A stretch of DNA of 64,000 bases from Polyangiales bacterium (GTDB lineage Bacteria > Myxococcota_A > Polyangia > Polyangiales > Ga0077539): contig JBGARZ010000008.1 of assembly GCA_044229975.1 (NCBI GenBank), positions 352,001 to 416,000 of the forward strand, in the 5' to 3' direction. The number at the start of each line of letters is the position of its first letter. Position 1 is the stretch's first letter. The notes beneath the pieces were generated by a model. That model worked only from the letters and a program-made list of their open reading frames with translations, did no database searches and was not told the origin of the DNA. Shown here piece by piece: positions 62,326 through 64,000 of this stretch. Made by a program: the position numbers and the translations under genes.

Positions 62326-64000
62326 ATGGTGGACCGTCGCTGGTCGGTGGGCGTCGCGGCGCTGCTCATCGGGTGCATGGCCGATGAGCGCGTGGCTTCC
62401 GTCGCGGAGGGCATCGCCATCGCGGGCCCGTGGCAGGCGCCCGCGTCGACGCGCGCCGTCGCGGCCACGCAGCGGGTGACGGTGGTCGATCCGCCCGCGG
62501 TCTCTCCGCTGGGGCGGTGCACGTCGACCAACGCTTTTGCGTGCTCGTGCACCCACCCGGCGTGCACGCCCGCGTACCCCGGAACGCGCGACCTCAACGC
62601 GTACCTCCTCCGTCGCTTCACCTTCCTGCGCGCGGGCGGCACGTACTGCTGCCGACAGAACAGCGCCGCGACGCGGGTCCCGACCTTGTCCGTGCACGCG
62701 ACGGGTCGGGCGATGGACCTGATGGTTCCGATGACGGGCGGCGACGCGGACAACACGCGCGGCGACGAGGTGGCCAACTGGCTCGTCGAAAACGCCGCAT
62801 ACATCGGCGTCCAGCGCGTCATCTGGGACCGCGCCTACTGGAACGGCGAGCGCGGCTTCGGCCTGCTCAGCGCCGCATCGCTCCCACACACCGACCACCT
62901 GCACGTCGAGCTCAGCCTCGCGGGCGCCGCGCGCGAGACGCCCTTCTTCACCTCCGGCGCCTCCATGGGAACGTCCTGCACCGCGCGCTGCGACGGCACG
63001 CGCGTCATCCAGGCCGACTGCTCCTCGGTCGACTGCGCGGCGACGGGCGCGCCCTGCCTCGCCGGGATGCCACCGCGCTGCGGCGCCACGCCACCGCCCG
63101 AGCCCGCCGAGGCGATGGCGGTCGCGGGCGCGGTGGTTCCGTCGGTGAGCGCGAGCGCGGCGGCGGGTCGGTTTACGTTCGTGGGGCCGAGCCGTCTCTT
63201 CGACACGCGCACACCGGAAGGCAGCGCGCGCGTGGTGCGCTCGGGGGCGGCGGGTCCGCTCACGTCGACCTCCAGCGCGACCTTCAGCGACTGGGCTCCG
63301 GTGGGCCTGCCGACGGGCGCGACGGGCGTGTGGCTCAACGTCACGGCCATCGGTGTTGGTGGTGCAGGGTTCGCGACGGTGTTCGCCGCGGGGCAGCCGC
63401 AGCCGCCGACGTCGACGGTCAACTACGTGGCCGACGGGGCCAACGCCAACGCGACGCCCGCGGTGCTCGGAGCGGGCGGCGGCGTGACGGTCACGGCGCT
63501 CAACCCGGCGCACGCGATCGTCGACGCCTACGGGGCGTTTTCACCGACGGGCGCGGGGCTCGCGCCGGTGGGTCCGGTGCGGGTGCTCGACACCCGATCG
63601 GACGTCGCGCTGGTGTCCAACGTGCCGCGCCCCATCGACGTGCGAGCGCCCGCGGATGCGGTGGGCGTGGTCGCGAGCGTGACCGTCGTCGCGGGTGCGG
63701 CGGCGGGCTTCGTGACGGCGTACCCGTGTGGTGTGGCGACGCCGCCGACGAGCAACCTCAACTTCGCGCCGGGCGCGGTGGTGACCAACACGGTGGTGTC
63801 GCGGCTCGGCGGCGGGCAGTTGTGTCTGCTCTCCAACGTCGAGGCGCACGTGATCGTCGACGTGACGGGCATCCTCACGCCGTCGAGCGGGATCACGTAC
63901 ACGGCGCTGTCGCCGCAGCGGCTGCTCGACACGCGGCAGACGTCGTCGCTGTACGCGGGGCGGCTCGGGGTGCGGCAGGTGATCGAGCTGCCGATCCAGC
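62326..64000 (+). CDS. Lipoprotein with M15-like Zn peptidase motif and RxxDTR repeats, runs off window edge
   Basis: Hand translation from ATG at 62326 (not in ORF track): LLIGC lipobox, SVHATGRAMDL, HTDHLHVE, then RLFDTR / RVLDTR / RLLDTR repeats. Confidence 0.75.
   Translation, partial: MVDRRWSVGVAALLIGCMADERVASVAEGIAIAGPWQAPASTRAVAATQRVTVVDPPAVSPLGRCTSTNAFACSCTHPACTPAYPGTRDLNAYLLRRFTFLRAGGTYCCRQNSAATRVPTLSVHATGRAMDLMVPMTGGDADNTRGDEVANWLVENAAYIGVQRVIWDRAYWNGERGFGLLSAASLPHTDHLHVELSLAGAARETPFFTSGASMGTSCTARCDGTRVIQADCSSVDCAATGAPCLAGMPPRCGATPPPEPAEAMAVAGAVVPSVSASAAAGRFTFVGPSRLFDTRTPEGSARVVRSGAAGPLTSTSSATFSDWAPVGLPTGATGVWLNVTAIGVGGAGFATVFAAGQPQPPTSTVNYVADGANANATPAVLGAGGGVTVTALNPAHAIVDAYGAFSPTGAGLAPVGPVRVLDTRSDVALVSNVPRPIDVRAPADAVGVVASVTVVAGAAAGFVTAYPCGVATPPTSNLNFAPGAVVTNTVVSRLGGGQLCLLSNVEAHVIVDVTGILTPSSGITYTALSPQRLLDTRQTSSLYAGRLGVRQVIELPIQ

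Overview
High-GC bacterial chromosome segment with a myxobacterial (Polyangia-like) gene repertoire; the taxon is inferred from gene content. Core genes are typA, rplM-rpsI-argC, a NAD kinase, ccmC/D, a CysQ-like phosphatase, an acyl-CoA dehydrogenase, nhaR and tRNA-Ala(CGC). They are interspersed with many envelope and signalling genes. The main observations are: (1) an intact-looking group IIC intron (8615-10539, minus strand) inserted just after a hairpin that itself sits in one arm of a ~270-bp-arm palindrome; (2) four further long palindromes with 37-53 nt unique loops, one apparently translated in frame; (3) three Ser/Thr kinase + TPR/PEGA modules, two flanked by Cys-rich lipoproteins; (4) a family of modular surface lipoproteins (Asp-rich spacer, CGxC Cys-repeat stalk, and an intelectin-like, LCCL or FG-GAP head), two of which share a 1.23-kb near-identical direct repeat; (5) a possible polyprotein with an internal MYXO-CTERM-like signal followed by a second signal peptide and a beta-barrel; (6) a Fic protein lacking the catalytic His. 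All calls come from reading motifs by eye; no searches were run.
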